Position numbers and translations under genes: made by a program
The notes under the pieces: model-generated
What the model was told of the DNA's origin: nothing
The model's database searches: none
Seen by the model: only the letters and a program-made list of their open reading frames with translations
Assembly: GCA_965612735.1 (NCBI GenBank)
Contig: CBFDSV010000004.1
Coordinates: 8,826-72,825 of the forward strand
DNA length: 64,000 nucleotides
Reading direction: 5' to 3'
From: an uncultured bacterium
Lineage (GTDB): Bacteria; Hydrothermota; UBA3072; B12-G15
Shown: piece by piece, positions 19,866 through 30,330 of the stretch
Layout: every line of letters starts with the position of its first letter
Numbering within the stretch: the first letter of the stretch is position 1

Positions 19866-21956
19866 CTAAAATTCAATTCTATCCCTTCTCTCAAACAATC
19901 TTTCCTTTTTCTTCCCTGCGTGTATATCGCATTTCTCATCAGGTTCGTTCCCTTTTATAAAGACCTCTTCCCTTACCCTCGGGCAATATGGGGTGGCAAG
20001 AAGCCCTGAATCTTCACATATCACCCTTCTCACAATACTATCAGGAACAGGGAATTCAACATCTGTGGTATCCGCAACTGAATCATAAACTGCCTTCATG
20101 AATGAAACCCATAAAGGAAGAGCTGCACCCGCTCCAGTTGCATTGGTTGCAATCTTCCTGGGAACATCATATCCAACCCATACACCCGCAACATACTCTC
20201 TTGTAAATCCTATAAACCAGGCATCCTGAAAGTTGTTTGTTGTCCCTGTTTTCCCTGCCGCAGGCAACATAAACCCCATCCTTCTTGCTCCAAATGCGGT
20301 TCCGTGATTGAATACATCCATCAGCATATTTATCATAATGTATGCTGTTTGTTTTGACAGCACCCTTTCCTTTGGTGGGTCATACTCATAAACAACATTT
20401 CCAAACCTATCAATAATCTTTTTCACAATCACAGGTTCTATCCTCGTTCCATAGTTTGCCAGTGTTCCAAAGGCATCTGTCATCTCAAGCACAGTAACAC
20501 CTGAAGGACCGAGTGGTATTGAGATTACAGGGTCAAGTTTGCTCTTAACCCCCATCCTGTGTGCATAGTCTATCACCGTGAATGGACCTATTTCATACAC
20601 AAGCCTTATGGCAGCACTGTTCCTTGATAGATAGAGTGCCCTCCTCAATGTGATTTTACCCATAAAGGTGCTGTCAAAATTTGCAGGGGCATAAACCTTT
20701 TCATTTACCTGGGTGATTATGGGAAGGTCAAGGACGAAGTCTGATGGATTGTAACCATTGTCAATGGCCGCAGTATATAAAAATGCCTTGAATGATGAAC
20801 CAGCCTGCCTCTTTGCCATTGTTGCCCTGTTGAACCTGCTGTGTCTTATATTCCTTCCACCTATCATTGCAAGGACATCCCCTGTATGTGGGTCCATCAC
20901 TACCATTGCACACTGTAGATAAGGGGTATTGTCCATGGGTGGCATTGACTCAGGAAACTCACTCATTGGTTTCAACCTGTATTTCTTCTCAATCCTCTCC
21001 ATGGTAACTTCAGTCACAGAATCAGCAATCTCCTGAAGTTTCTTGTCCATACCAAGATACACCGTGTATCCACCAGTTGTAACATATGCCTTCCCGAGGA
21101 TACCTGAAAGTATCTTTTTCACCTCTTCAATATAGTACGGACCAACTGTCTTCCTCTCCTCTTTCTGTACAAATTTAAGGGTGTCATCCAGTGCCTCTCT
21201 GTACTGTGTTGAGTCAATGTAACCATCTTCCAGCATCTCTTTTAATACAATACGGATTCTCTTATCACATCTGTCTGGATGTGTATATGGTGAGTAATAT
21301 CCAGGTGACCTGATTATCCCTGCAAGGAAGGCGGCCTCTTTAAGATTCACCTGACTTACAGGCTTGCCAAGATAGAACTCAGATGCTGCCTCCACTCCAT
21401 AGTTTCCGTATCCATAATAAACCTGATTCAGGTACATCTCAAGGATATCCTTCTTTGTATAGTATCTCTCCAGTTCAATGGCAAGATACATCTCGGATAT
21501 CTTTCTTATCCAGGATTTTTCAAGGGAAAGAAGTATGTTCCTTGCGAGTTGCTGGGTGATTGTGCTGGCACCCTGAACCTTTTTTCTCTTGATTATATCA
21601 ACGATGATTGCCTTTACAATCCTTTTGTAATTCAATCCATGATGTCTGTAAAATGCCTTATCCTCAATGGATATAACTGCCTTCTGGAGGTTTTCAGGGA
21701 TTGAATCCAGTAGAACCGGTATCCTCCTGACAAGATACACATCCCTCACATGCTCACCATTCCTGTCATAGAGCCTGGTTGCAAGCACAGGATAGTAATT
21801 TTTCAATATGTCTATCTGGGGTAATGAACGGATTATCCATAGATTAAAACCAATGAATGAACCAGAACCAAAGGCAAGTATGATGTATAAAACAGGTATC
21901 CACCTTATTTTTTTTCTTTTCTTACGGTTATTTATAGGCCTGGAGTCCATCTCCAT
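19866..21956 (-). CDS. Penicillin-binding protein 1A (bifunctional transglycosylase/transpeptidase)
   Basis: EDKAFYRHHG, GASTITQQLARN, RKISE, YLNQVYYG; SSFK, SRN, KTG motifs. Confidence 0.93.
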   Translation of the reverse strand: MEMDSRPINNRKKRKKIRWIPVLYIILAFGSGSFIGFNLWIIRSLPQIDILKNYYPVLATRLYDRNGEHVRDVYLVRRIPVLLDSIPENLQKAVISIEDKAFYRHHGLNYKRIVKAIIVDIIKRKKVQGASTITQQLARNILLSLEKSWIRKISEMYLAIELERYYTKKDILEMYLNQVYYGYGNYGVEAASEFYLGKPVSQVNLKEAAFLAGIIRSPGYYSPYTHPDRCDKRIRIVLKEMLEDGYIDSTQYREALDDTLKFVQKEERKTVGPYYIEEVKKILSGILGKAYVTTGGYTVYLGMDKKLQEIADSVTEVTMERIEKKYRLKPMSEFPESMPPMDNTPYLQCAMVVMDPHTGDVLAMIGGRNIRHSRFNRATMAKRQAGSSFKAFLYTAAIDNGYNPSDFVLDLPIITQVNEKVYAPANFDSTFMGKITLRRALYLSRNSAAIRLVYEIGPFTVIDYAHRMGVKSKLDPVISIPLGPSGVTVLEMTDAFGTLANYGTRIEPVIVKKIIDRFGNVVYEYDPPKERVLSKQTAYIMINMLMDVFNHGTAFGARRMGFMLPAAGKTGTTNNFQDAWFIGFTREYVAGVWVGYDVPRKIATNATGAGAALPLWVSFMKAVYDSVADTTDVEFPVPDSIVRRVICEDSGLLATPYCPRVREEVFIKGNEPDEKCDIHAGKKKERLFERRDRIEF

Positions 21957-21957
21957 T

Positions 21958-23298
21958 CTATCTGCCAAAATACTTTTCAAATTCAGCAACAGATGGAGTT
22001 GTGCTTATCTCCCAGTATTCCCGATTTTTTATCTCTATCCACCTGTCTATCAGTTCCTCTGTAAATATTCCATCAGAGAGAAGGAAGCCTCTGTCCCTGT
22101 CCAGAGATTCAAGTGCCTCTTTCAGGCTTGATGGAAGTTCAGGGATTGAGGCTATAGCATCTATATTCCCCTTAACAGGCTCACCAGGGTCAATCCTGTT
22201 TACAATCCCATCAATCCCTGCTGCTATGATCGCGGATACAGCAAGATAAGGATTCATCAGTGCATCTGGTGGCCTGTACTCAATATCGACATTTTTCCCC
22301 TTCTGATATCCAGGTATCCTTATCGCAGCACTCCTGTTTGCCTCTGAGTATGTAATCTTTTTGGGTGCCTCAAATCCAGTGAAAAGTCTCTTGAATGAAT
22401 TTGTTCCTGGATTTGTGAACGCAGTAAGTGCACCTGCATGTTTCAAAATTCCGCCAATAAACCATCTGGCAGTCTGTGAAATAATCTCGTTCTTTTTAGA
22501 TGTATAAAAAACAGAGCCTCCATTCTTTACAAGCATCATGTGAAGATGCAGTCCACTTCCTGCCTCATTGGGAATGGGTTTGGGCATGAATGTGGTTCTC
22601 AGGTCAAACTCCACAGCAGATCTGTTAATAACAAGTTTTGAAAGCAATATATTATCAGCTGCCCCAATGGCTGGTGAGTAATCAAGTTCTATCTCATGCT
22701 GGGAGAATTTACCTCCCTCATGATGGGCATACTTGACACTTATGCCTATCTCCTTCAGGATTGTAGCGACAAATAATCTGAACTCATGGTAGGGGTCAAA
22801 TGGAACATCTCCATGGTAACTCTTCTCTGGTGCAAGGAAATCCTCGTGTGTTTCTATCTCATAATAAGATATGAATTTGTCATGCTGATAATACACATTC
22901 CTGAATATATAGAACTCCAGTTCAGGAAGGACAAGGAGTTCATCCCCTATTCCCTTTTCTCTTAAAACAGATACCGCCTTTTTAAGCACATACCTTGGAT
23001 AATGTGGGAATGGCTTATCCTCCCCTGCAAGATAAACATCACCAAACATTACAACAACAGGAACATCAGAAAATGGGTCTATAAAGAACCGTGAAGTGTC
23101 AGGAATGACTCTCATATCACTGTATTCAACACTTGCAAATCCAGGAACACTTGACCCGTCAATCCCGAACCCCTTCTTTGCAAAGGAGTCAAACCTCTCC
23201 ACAGGAAAGGTTACATGCCTCAAAAATCCGTGAAGGTCAACATACTTCACATCTATGAATTCTGCCTCTGTCTCTTTTATAAATTGCTTGATGTTCAT
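21958..23298 (-). CDS. glnA: Glutamine synthetase type I
   Basis: DGSSV, SDM, PELEF, HHE, FMPKP, GSGLHLH, GFEAP, NRSAAIRIP, EYRPPD; start at 23298 set by promoter position. Confidence 0.9.
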   Translation of the reverse strand: MNIKQFIKETEAEFIDVKYVDLHGFLRHVTFPVERFDSFAKKGFGIDGSSVPGFASVEYSDMRVIPDTSRFFIDPFSDVPVVVMFGDVYLAGEDKPFPHYPRYVLKKAVSVLREKGIGDELLVLPELEFYIFRNVYYQHDKFISYYEIETHEDFLAPEKSYHGDVPFDPYHEFRLFVATILKEIGISVKYAHHEGGKFSQHEIELDYSPAIGAADNILLSKLVINRSAVEFDLRTTFMPKPIPNEAGSGLHLHMMLVKNGGSVFYTSKKNEIISQTARWFIGGILKHAGALTAFTNPGTNSFKRLFTGFEAPKKITYSEANRSAAIRIPGYQKGKNVDIEYRPPDALMNPYLAVSAIIAAGIDGIVNRIDPGEPVKGNIDAIASIPELPSSLKEALESLDRDRGFLLSDGIFTEELIDRWIEIKNREYWEISTTPSVAEFEKYFGR

Positions 23299-23304
23299 GC
23301 CACC

Positions 23305-23333
23305 AATATAATTTAATTCATCTAAATTGTCAA
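23305..23333 (-). promoter_or_regulatory. Putative promoter for glnA (leaderless)
   Basis: TTGACA-17-TATATT-6 nt-ATG. Confidence 0.65.
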
Positions 23334-23360
23334 CAATAATATTTCCCTTTCCTGATACTG

Positions 23361-23388
23361 TTGACAATCTTCTATGCAAACTTAAAAT
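23361..23388 (+). promoter_or_regulatory. Putative promoter for the 23395 operon (leaderless)
   Basis: TTGACA-16-TAAAAT-6 nt-ATG. Confidence 0.6.
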
Positions 23389-23394
23389 TCATTT

Positions 23395-24348
23395 ATGCTG
23401 ATTCTGATACTGTCCTTCTGTGCCGCAGGTGAGGTTATCAGGGCATCCGAAAGGGTGAATGTTGTCCAATTGATAGACTCCCTTGAAAATGGCTTCACAT
23501 TCAGGTGGCATATGAAGAACAGGTTTATGAGGATGGATGCTGAAGGCGTTTACAGGGGCAGGGGTAAGGTGAATATTAAAGGAAGTATAAAATCTCCTGA
23601 AGGTACAATGGACGTTTCAGGTTATAACCCTTATGAACAGATCAAGATCGTCTGCGGTGAGAAGAGGTTTGTCTTCAAGGAGAAAAGGAGAAACACCCTC
23701 ATTTACGAATTCCCCGCAGTACTTTTCTTCCTTGACCCTGTTAAGGGGATGGGGAAAGGGCTTGTGTATATTAAGAACGGCAGGATCTTCAAAATCACTG
23801 CAGAAAATGAGAATGCAAAGTGGAGTATGGAAATTGGGATATACAGAAAACCCATCACAAAGATTCTGATTGAGTGTGATGGATGTGATATGGAGAGAAT
23901 AAAACAGAGGCTTGTGCTGTGGGGCGAAAGGGATGTTAAATTAAAAGAAAACATATTTGAATTCATTGAAGAAATTCCATTGAACAGTAAACTGTTCAAA
24001 AAAGGAACTGTGAAGTGGTATGTACTTGAAAGCAATAAGCAAGGTGAATTGAAAGACCCGCTTGATACATTATATACCTATTCCATTGATTCACTCTATA
24101 ATCCAGAGATTACCCGGATAAATTATGGAACAGACCCAAGGGGAAGACCGTCCCTCATAATAGGAATAAAGAATCCCGGGAATGGGGTAATAGGGCTTTT
24201 TGTTGATGATTCCCTTGTTTCAACATGCTACAGGAACAACCCTATGATTATTCCATTCAGGGATAGCACAGATGCAAAACTGGTTTATATTTACCTTAAA
24301 ACAGGCCAGATTGGTTCTGGCAGTATTGAAATAAGGAGGTTGAAATGA
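23395..24348 (+). CDS. Hypothetical exported protein
   Basis: 317 aa ORF, short hydrophobic N-terminus, stop overlaps the next start. Confidence 0.6.
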   Translation: MLILILSFCAAGEVIRASERVNVVQLIDSLENGFTFRWHMKNRFMRMDAEGVYRGRGKVNIKGSIKSPEGTMDVSGYNPYEQIKIVCGEKRFVFKEKRRNTLIYEFPAVLFFLDPVKGMGKGLVYIKNGRIFKITAENENAKWSMEIGIYRKPITKILIECDGCDMERIKQRLVLWGERDVKLKENIFEFIEEIPLNSKLFKKGTVKWYVLESNKQGELKDPLDTLYTYSIDSLYNPEITRINYGTDPRGRPSLIIGIKNPGNGVIGLFVDDSLVSTCYRNNPMIIPFRDSTDAKLVYIYLKTGQIGSGSIEIRRLK

Positions 24349-24509
24349 TAGATAAGGAACTCTTGAAAATTCTTGCGTGTCCCAAATGCAAGGGTGACCT
24401 TAAGTATGATGAGAAAAATGACAGACTTATATGTGAGAAGTGTAAACTCGCATATCCTATTAAGGATGGCATCCCTGTTATGCTGATTGAAGAGGCAGAA
24501 AAAATATGA
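24345..24509 (+). CDS. Trm112/YcaR-family small zinc-binding protein (54 aa)
   Basis: Missed by ORF track. [19 protein letters not shown]...[24 protein letters not shown]; ATGA overlaps at both ends. Confidence 0.92.
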   Translation: MIDKELLKILACPKCKGDLKYDEKNDRLICEKCKLAYPIKDGIPVMLIEEAEKI

Positions 24510-27500
24510 TACTACTTCTCCTTGGCACTATAACCGTTATTTCGGACACACCTGATTCACTTATTCTTCTCTACAATGCTGAATACACGGTTGATACAAC
24601 CAATGGAATTCCACATATAAAACTCACTGATGGGGAGTGCGACCTTCCTCCCGGATATCCTGAACTACCCTATGCTGTGTATTTTGTAAGACTCCCTGAA
24701 GGAGGAGGAAATGTTGAATACAAGGTGCTTGAGAAGACCAGTGAAAACATAACACCACCTGTTGTTAAGAACGTTTATAGAGATGGTGAATATAGAACAG
24801 TGGGCTATAAACCCTCACCAGTTAAAATAGAGGTTTATGGAAAGAGAGTAAAGAAGGGAAGAGTTATTATAAATCCTTTTGTGAAAACTGGAAATAATGT
24901 TGAGGTGAGGAAGAAGATATTGATAAAAATAAGAATGAAAGGAAACTGGTTCAGGGAACGATACAAAACACCGGTGAAATTCATCAACAAAATTAGAGGA
25001 AGGATTGTATCCCTGCATCCAAAGGCGATGCCAGAAAAAGGAGGAATGTGGATAAGGCTTAAATTCACAGATGAAGGGGTTTACAGGATTGACAGGTCTG
25101 TTATTGAAGAGGCTGGAATAAACCCTGAATTGGTTGACCCTGAAAAGATTGAGGTAAGGTCTGGATACAGAAGGGTGTTCAGATTCAACCTTGCATTCTA
25201 TGATTCTTTGAAAGAACTCCCTGAAAAAATTCCAGCAATCTATCATGTTGAAAACCATAATGGTAGATTTGATGATGGAGAGTATATCCTCTTTTATGGT
25301 GTATCCCTTGAGGGATTCGAGAAAAACATATTTAAAAGATTCCCTGATTACAACCCAAGACCCTGGACAGACACATTGATGAGGTTTTACTACAATCCTT
25401 TCACAGATACAAATGTTTATTGGCTTAGGCTTGACGGTGAACCCCTTAAAATGAATAAACTCGTCTCTGGTGATGGGGAGCCAGTAACATCCTTCCAGGA
25501 TACAATGCATTTTGAGAAGGACTCATTAAATTTTTCCCGCTCAGGGCTCGCATGGACATGGGGATGCATTGTCCTTCCATCAGACGAAAACACCATTCAA
25601 AAGAAATTTCATATCATCGGGCTTGATGGCACCCGTTTTACTCTCAGGACAGGATTCTATACAATTATCAGTGGGCAAACCCACCATGTTACTTTAAGGG
25701 TGAACGATGTTGATACAACAATAACCTGCATGTCACCTCTGGGATTTTATGCAGAAAGACTGATTCTTGAAACAGACTTTGAATCTGGTCTTAATCAGGG
25801 CGAGAATACATTGACTTTCAGTGTTGATGCAGATAAGGATGAAGTATATTTTGATTTCTTTGAAATTATTTACACCAGGGCAATCTCTGATATCCACAAT
25901 GGAAGGGTCTGGTTTCCCGATTCAGGCGATAGGGTGATAAAAACAGATAAAAGAAACCTGGCACTGGGTATTGATGACCCCTACAATCCTAAGGAGTTAA
26001 CTTACAGTGAATCATCAGGTGGCTATTATTATAATGGCAAAGGAATATTCCTGTGTGATAGTCTTTTAAAGCCCCTTGAAGTAAAAATAGCAAACCCTGT
26101 CTCTCTCTGGAATGGTGGTGCTGATTGGTTGTGCATTGCAGGTGATATGTTCACAACCCAGGCAAATAAACTTGCCGAATGGCGCTCCAAACACCTTAAA
26201 GGATTCTCCAATCCAGAGGTAAAGGTGGTGAATATCTCTGAAGTATATGATAACTTTTCATACGGTGTTGCAGACCCTGGTGCAATAAAGAGATTCCTTC
26301 TCTATGCGAGCCAGAACTGGTCTCCTCCACCTTCTTATGTACTTCTACTGGGGAAGGGGACATATGACTATAAAAACCATACCGGTCTTGAAAGGTCAGA
26401 AAATATCATCCCAATACATACAAATGGTGCAGATGTTGGGATATTTACACTTCTGAGCAGAAATCCAACGGACGATGTCTGGTATGTTGATTTTGACGGT
26501 GATACGAGACCCGAAATCCCCATAGGGAGAGTTACCGCCACAACACAGGAGGAAGCAGAGGAATGGGTTGAAAAACTTATTGAATATGAAAAATCTCCTG
26601 GCCTATGGAGGCAAAAAGCCCTGATACTTGCTGATGATGAATATACAAGTAGTTCAAGCAATGAACTCCTGCATACAAGGGATGCTGAAAATACAAGTAG
26701 ATACTTACCAGATTGGTTGAAACCCGAGAAGGTTTATATGGTTCTTTATCCATTTGAAGGAAACCAGAAACCCACTGCACATAGGGATTTTATGAGTAGG
26801 CTCTCATCAGGTGCAATTATTGGATTTTTCTATGGACATGGAAATATTTACCAATTAACACACGAAAAGGTATTAACCCTTGATGATATCTCCTCATTTT
26901 CAAACTGGAGGAAATGTCCTTTCTTTTATTTTGCCACCTGCAATTCAGGGTATTTTGAAAGACCAGGGGAGAGGTCACTTGGTGATTATTTCACCCTTTA
27001 TCCTGATGGAGGTTCAATTATATCCATTGCTGCCACAAGGGCTACTTATCCTGGTGCAAACTATGCACTTGGAAGGACAATTATACAGAATATAGCCACT
27101 TCTCCAACTGCTGGTGATGCCTATGTGGCTGGAATAACAAGGTATGGTGATACCACCTATACGTTTTTTGGAGACCCTGCCACTATCCTGTTCAAAGAAT
27201 TTTTTGATACCACAATTAATGCTCCAGATACATTGCTTGGAAACAGGATATATTCCATGATTCTTCCTGTAAAACTGGATAGGGCCTATTTAATTGTAAC
27301 TGAGAAGAACATTGACACAACATACGAATCACCTGCTGGCGGAAGTATAAACTTCACCCTATCCGGAGATGAACTTTTCAGGGGTGTATTCAAAAACACC
27401 GATACTATAAAATTTACTGTTCCCTTTGATGTGAAGTCCGGGTGGGCTAAGGTGAGATTATACGGAATACTGGGTGACAGGGAAATGAGAAAGACCATCC

Positions 27501-28147
27501 CGGTATATATGAGAAGTGCTGAACCAGTTGAATCAAATCCACCTGTGATTACAGTTAACTTTGAGGGTGATGAACTGAAGGAATTAAGCCCAATACCCAA
27601 AGAGGGAACCTTCACCATTAAAATTCATGATGAAAGCGGCATTGATATAAGAAAACCCCAGAATGTATCGGTATCCCTCAATGGCTATTCACATCCACTT
27701 TATATAGGTGACAGGGTTGAATTTTATACAGGCTCATATAAAAACGGTTTCATCACCTTTGATTATTCATTTGAATCTGAAAACGGGGATACTGTATTCA
27801 TTGATATATACGCCCTTGATAATGCGGGTAATGTGGGAAGGAAGTTCCTTAGACTTGTTGTCGCTCCCGAAAACACGGTCTGGGGAATATACAACTACCC
27901 CAACCCCATGTCAGAAAAAACAACCTTCATATTTCATCTATTGAAATCAATGGATGTTGAACTTATAATATTCAGTGTAACAGGGAAACCTGTTTGGAAG
28001 AAATCCATAAATGGTGTTGCTGGAAGAAACTACATTCATTGGAATGGAACAGATATGTATGGCAGGAAACTGGGGAATGGTGTTTACTACTATGTTCTGA
28101 AAACAGGTGGTGTGAAAAAAATTAAAAAACTGGTTATAGTAAGATGA
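24506..28147 (+). CDS. Large C25 peptidase, PorU (T9SS sortase)-like, with C-terminal FlgD-Ig/CTD
   Basis: [70 protein letters not shown]...WNGTD...GVYYY. Confidence 0.82.
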   Translation: MILLLLGTITVISDTPDSLILLYNAEYTVDTTNGIPHIKLTDGECDLPPGYPELPYAVYFVRLPEGGGNVEYKVLEKTSENITPPVVKNVYRDGEYRTVGYKPSPVKIEVYGKRVKKGRVIINPFVKTGNNVEVRKKILIKIRMKGNWFRERYKTPVKFINKIRGRIVSLHPKAMPEKGGMWIRLKFTDEGVYRIDRSVIEEAGINPELVDPEKIEVRSGYRRVFRFNLAFYDSLKELPEKIPAIYHVENHNGRFDDGEYILFYGVSLEGFEKNIFKRFPDYNPRPWTDTLMRFYYNPFTDTNVYWLRLDGEPLKMNKLVSGDGEPVTSFQDTMHFEKDSLNFSRSGLAWTWGCIVLPSDENTIQKKFHIIGLDGTRFTLRTGFYTIISGQTHHVTLRVNDVDTTITCMSPLGFYAERLILETDFESGLNQGENTLTFSVDADKDEVYFDFFEIIYTRAISDIHNGRVWFPDSGDRVIKTDKRNLALGIDDPYNPKELTYSESSGGYYYNGKGIFLCDSLLKPLEVKIANPVSLWNGGADWLCIAGDMFTTQANKLAEWRSKHLKGFSNPEVKVVNISEVYDNFSYGVADPGAIKRFLLYASQNWSPPPSYVLLLGKGTYDYKNHTGLERSENIIPIHTNGADVGIFTLLSRNPTDDVWYVDFDGDTRPEIPIGRVTATTQEEAEEWVEKLIEYEKSPGLWRQKALILADDEYTSSSSNELLHTRDAENTSRYLPDWLKPEKVYMVLYPFEGNQKPTAHRDFMSRLSSGAIIGFFYGHGNIYQLTHEKVLTLDDISSFSNWRKCPFFYFATCNSGYFERPGERSLGDYFTLYPDGGSIISIAATRATYPGANYALGRTIIQNIATSPTAGDAYVAGITRYGDTTYTFFGDPATILFKEFFDTTINAPDTLLGNRIYSMILPVKLDRAYLIVTEKNIDTTYESPAGGSINFTLSGDELFRGVFKNTDTIKFTVPFDVKSGWAKVRLYGILGDREMRKTIPVYMRSAEPVESNPPVITVNFEGDELKELSPIPKEGTFTIKIHDESGIDIRKPQNVSVSLNGYSHPLYIGDRVEFYTGSYKNGFITFDYSFESENGDTVFIDIYALDNAGNVGRKFLRLVVAPENTVWGIYNYPNPMSEKTTFIFHLLKSMDVELIIFSVTGKPVWKKSINGVAGRNYIHWNGTDMYGRKLGNGVYYYVLKTGGVKKIKKLVIVR

Positions 28148-28602
28148 AAATCATTGGTGTAATAGGTGGCTCTCTGGTTTCAGAAAATATTTATGAAACT
28201 GCAAGGAAGGTGGGAAATCTCATTGCTGAAAGGGGTTACCCTGTTTTATCTGGGGGGCTTGGTGGAGTGATGGAAGCAGTATCAAAGGGTGCAAAGGAAA
28301 AAAACGGGCTTGTGATAGGTGTCCTTCCAGGGAATTCAAAATCAGAAGCAAATCCTTACATTGACATTCCCATTGTTACAGGAATGGGTGAAATGAGGAA
28401 TGTTATCATTGTGAAGACCTCTGATGTTCTTATTGCCGTTGATGGTTCTTATGGAACCATGACCGAGATTGCATTTGCACTAAAATTGGGGAAAAAGGTG
28501 ATTGGTATTGAATGTGACCTTCCATTTGAAAAGGTTGAAAGGGCCATATCACCTGAAGAGGCAGTTGAAAAGGCCATAAAATATCTGGAAAATGAAGATT
28601 AA
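28144..28602 (+). CDS. TIGR00725 / LOG-family nucleotide-binding protein
   Basis: IGVIGG, SGGLGGVMEA, GVLPG, TGMGEMRN, GSYGTMTE. Confidence 0.88.
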   Translation: MKIIGVIGGSLVSENIYETARKVGNLIAERGYPVLSGGLGGVMEAVSKGAKEKNGLVIGVLPGNSKSEANPYIDIPIVTGMGEMRNVIIVKTSDVLIAVDGSYGTMTEIAFALKLGKKVIGIECDLPFEKVERAISPEEAVEKAIKYLENED

Positions 28603-30247
28603 GTTAACAGGCTTCATCACAGGTGTCCTTGGATTCGTCATAATTTTCTTAATAAAACCAACCAGTGGAATGGTTGTTGAGGCATCCAATGTTGTTTTGA
28701 AACACTCCCAGAAACAGGTGGTTGAGGCTGCAGGGGTTAAAAGGGTAACACTGGAAAACCTTGAAGAATTCTTACAAACTGCAGGGCAAATTCATGTGAA
28801 GATACCAAAGGACTTTTCAAAATCTGGCACAAGGGGAATTGCCATCAGTAATAAAGGAACCACATTGCTTGATGCAGTTTATCTTCAGGCAAAGGGATTA
28901 AAAAGAACCCTTGCCATTGCAGTGCTGATGGGCATATTCTGGATAACAGAGGCACTTCCAATACCAATAACTGCACTTATCCCTGTTGTCTTCTTCCCCC
29001 TTTTCAGGATTGCAAGCCCCACTTCCTCTTCAATGCCAGGATATTTCAACGCCTTCACCCCATACATGCACTATCTCATAGTTCTGTTTATTGCAGGCTT
29101 CACCATTGCTGAGGCAATGAAAAAGTGGGGACTTCACGAAAGGATAGCCTTGAACTTCATAAGTAAAGTTGGGTTTTCCAGAAGAAAACTCATATTTGCC
29201 TTTATGGTTACCACTGCCTTTATCTCCATGTTTATCTCAAACACTGCAACAACTGCCATGATGATGCCCATTGCACTTGCAATCCTCTTATCAATGAATG
29301 AGATTGAGACAAACTTTGGTAAGGCAATGATGCTCTCAATAGCATATGGAGCATCCATAGGTGGTATAGGCACACTGATTGGCACTCCACCCAATGTTGT
29401 GCTTGCAGGATTTGCAGATACATTGCTTGGAGTAAAGATAACATTTGCAGGATGGTTAAAAATAGGCCTCCCTGTGGTTGTAATCCTTCTACCATCAGCA
29501 TTCTTCATAATATTGAAGGTGTTTCCGTACAAAGGAAGAGATACAGGTGAATCAAAAAATATCATAACGGAGAAACTCGGCACACTGGGAAGAATGAAGA
29601 AAGGAGAGATAAATACCCTTGTTATCTTCATGATAACTGCACTCCTCTGGATATTCTCAAAGCAGATAAAGACCCATCTCCACATTCCATGGATGAACGA
29701 TGCTGTGGTAGGGATGATTGGTGTATTTCTATTTTATGTAGTTCCTGTGAACATAAAAAAATGGGAATTCACACTTGACTGGAAGACCAATGAGAAAATA
29801 CCGTGGGGAACATTGATTTTGTTCGGTGGCGGTATCGCACTTGGAAAGGCATTGAACAACACTGGGGCTGCATCATTCATAGCCAGCCATCTAATTTTGG
29901 CAGGGAAGGCACCATTCATTCTTCTCCTGTTCTTTGTTGTTCTTCTGGTGGACTTTCTTACAGAGATAACCTCCAACACTGCAACCACCAACATGCTTAT
30001 GCCCATACTCTTTGCACTGGGAATGGCCATCGGGAGAAACCCTCTAACACTGATGATTGGTGGTGCAGTTGCTGCATCAATGGCATTCATGCTACCTGTT
30101 GCAACACCACCAAATGCAATAGTTTATGGCACAGGAGCAATCAAAATCAGGGATATGGTGAAGGTTGGAATCATACTGGATATTGTTGCAGCAACACTCT
30201 GGACACTCCTCCTCTACCTTTTTCATGCATTAAAAATCCTACCCTAA
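28592..30247 (+). CDS. DASS/SLC13 sodium-coupled anion (dicarboxylate/sulfate) symporter
   Basis: WITEALP, SMFISNTAT, TLIGTPPN, TEITSNTAT, AFMLPVATPPNAI. Confidence 0.92.
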   Translation: MKIKLTGFITGVLGFVIIFLIKPTSGMVVEASNVVLKHSQKQVVEAAGVKRVTLENLEEFLQTAGQIHVKIPKDFSKSGTRGIAISNKGTTLLDAVYLQAKGLKRTLAIAVLMGIFWITEALPIPITALIPVVFFPLFRIASPTSSSMPGYFNAFTPYMHYLIVLFIAGFTIAEAMKKWGLHERIALNFISKVGFSRRKLIFAFMVTTAFISMFISNTATTAMMMPIALAILLSMNEIETNFGKAMMLSIAYGASIGGIGTLIGTPPNVVLAGFADTLLGVKITFAGWLKIGLPVVVILLPSAFFIILKVFPYKGRDTGESKNIITEKLGTLGRMKKGEINTLVIFMITALLWIFSKQIKTHLHIPWMNDAVVGMIGVFLFYVVPVNIKKWEFTLDWKTNEKIPWGTLILFGGGIALGKALNNTGAASFIASHLILAGKAPFILLLFFVVLLVDFLTEITSNTATTNMLMPILFALGMAIGRNPLTLMIGGAVAASMAFMLPVATPPNAIVYGTGAIKIRDMVKVGIILDIVAATLWTLLLYLFHALKILP

Positions 30248-30276
30248 CCCCCTTTGGGGACGGAGGTTGACTTTTT
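30246..30276 (+). terminator. Possible intrinsic terminator between convergent genes
   Basis: Imperfect GC-rich hairpin AACCCCC...GGAGGTT followed by a T tract. Confidence 0.3.
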
Positions 30277-30330
30277 GACATTTTCCTTATCCATCTAATT
30301 TTCAGTTAGATAAAGGATAGATTTATAGAT

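Noticed and set aside
24815-25510. 231 aa minus-strand ORF
   Set aside because: Lies wholly antisense to the PorU-like gene and has no recognisable domain.
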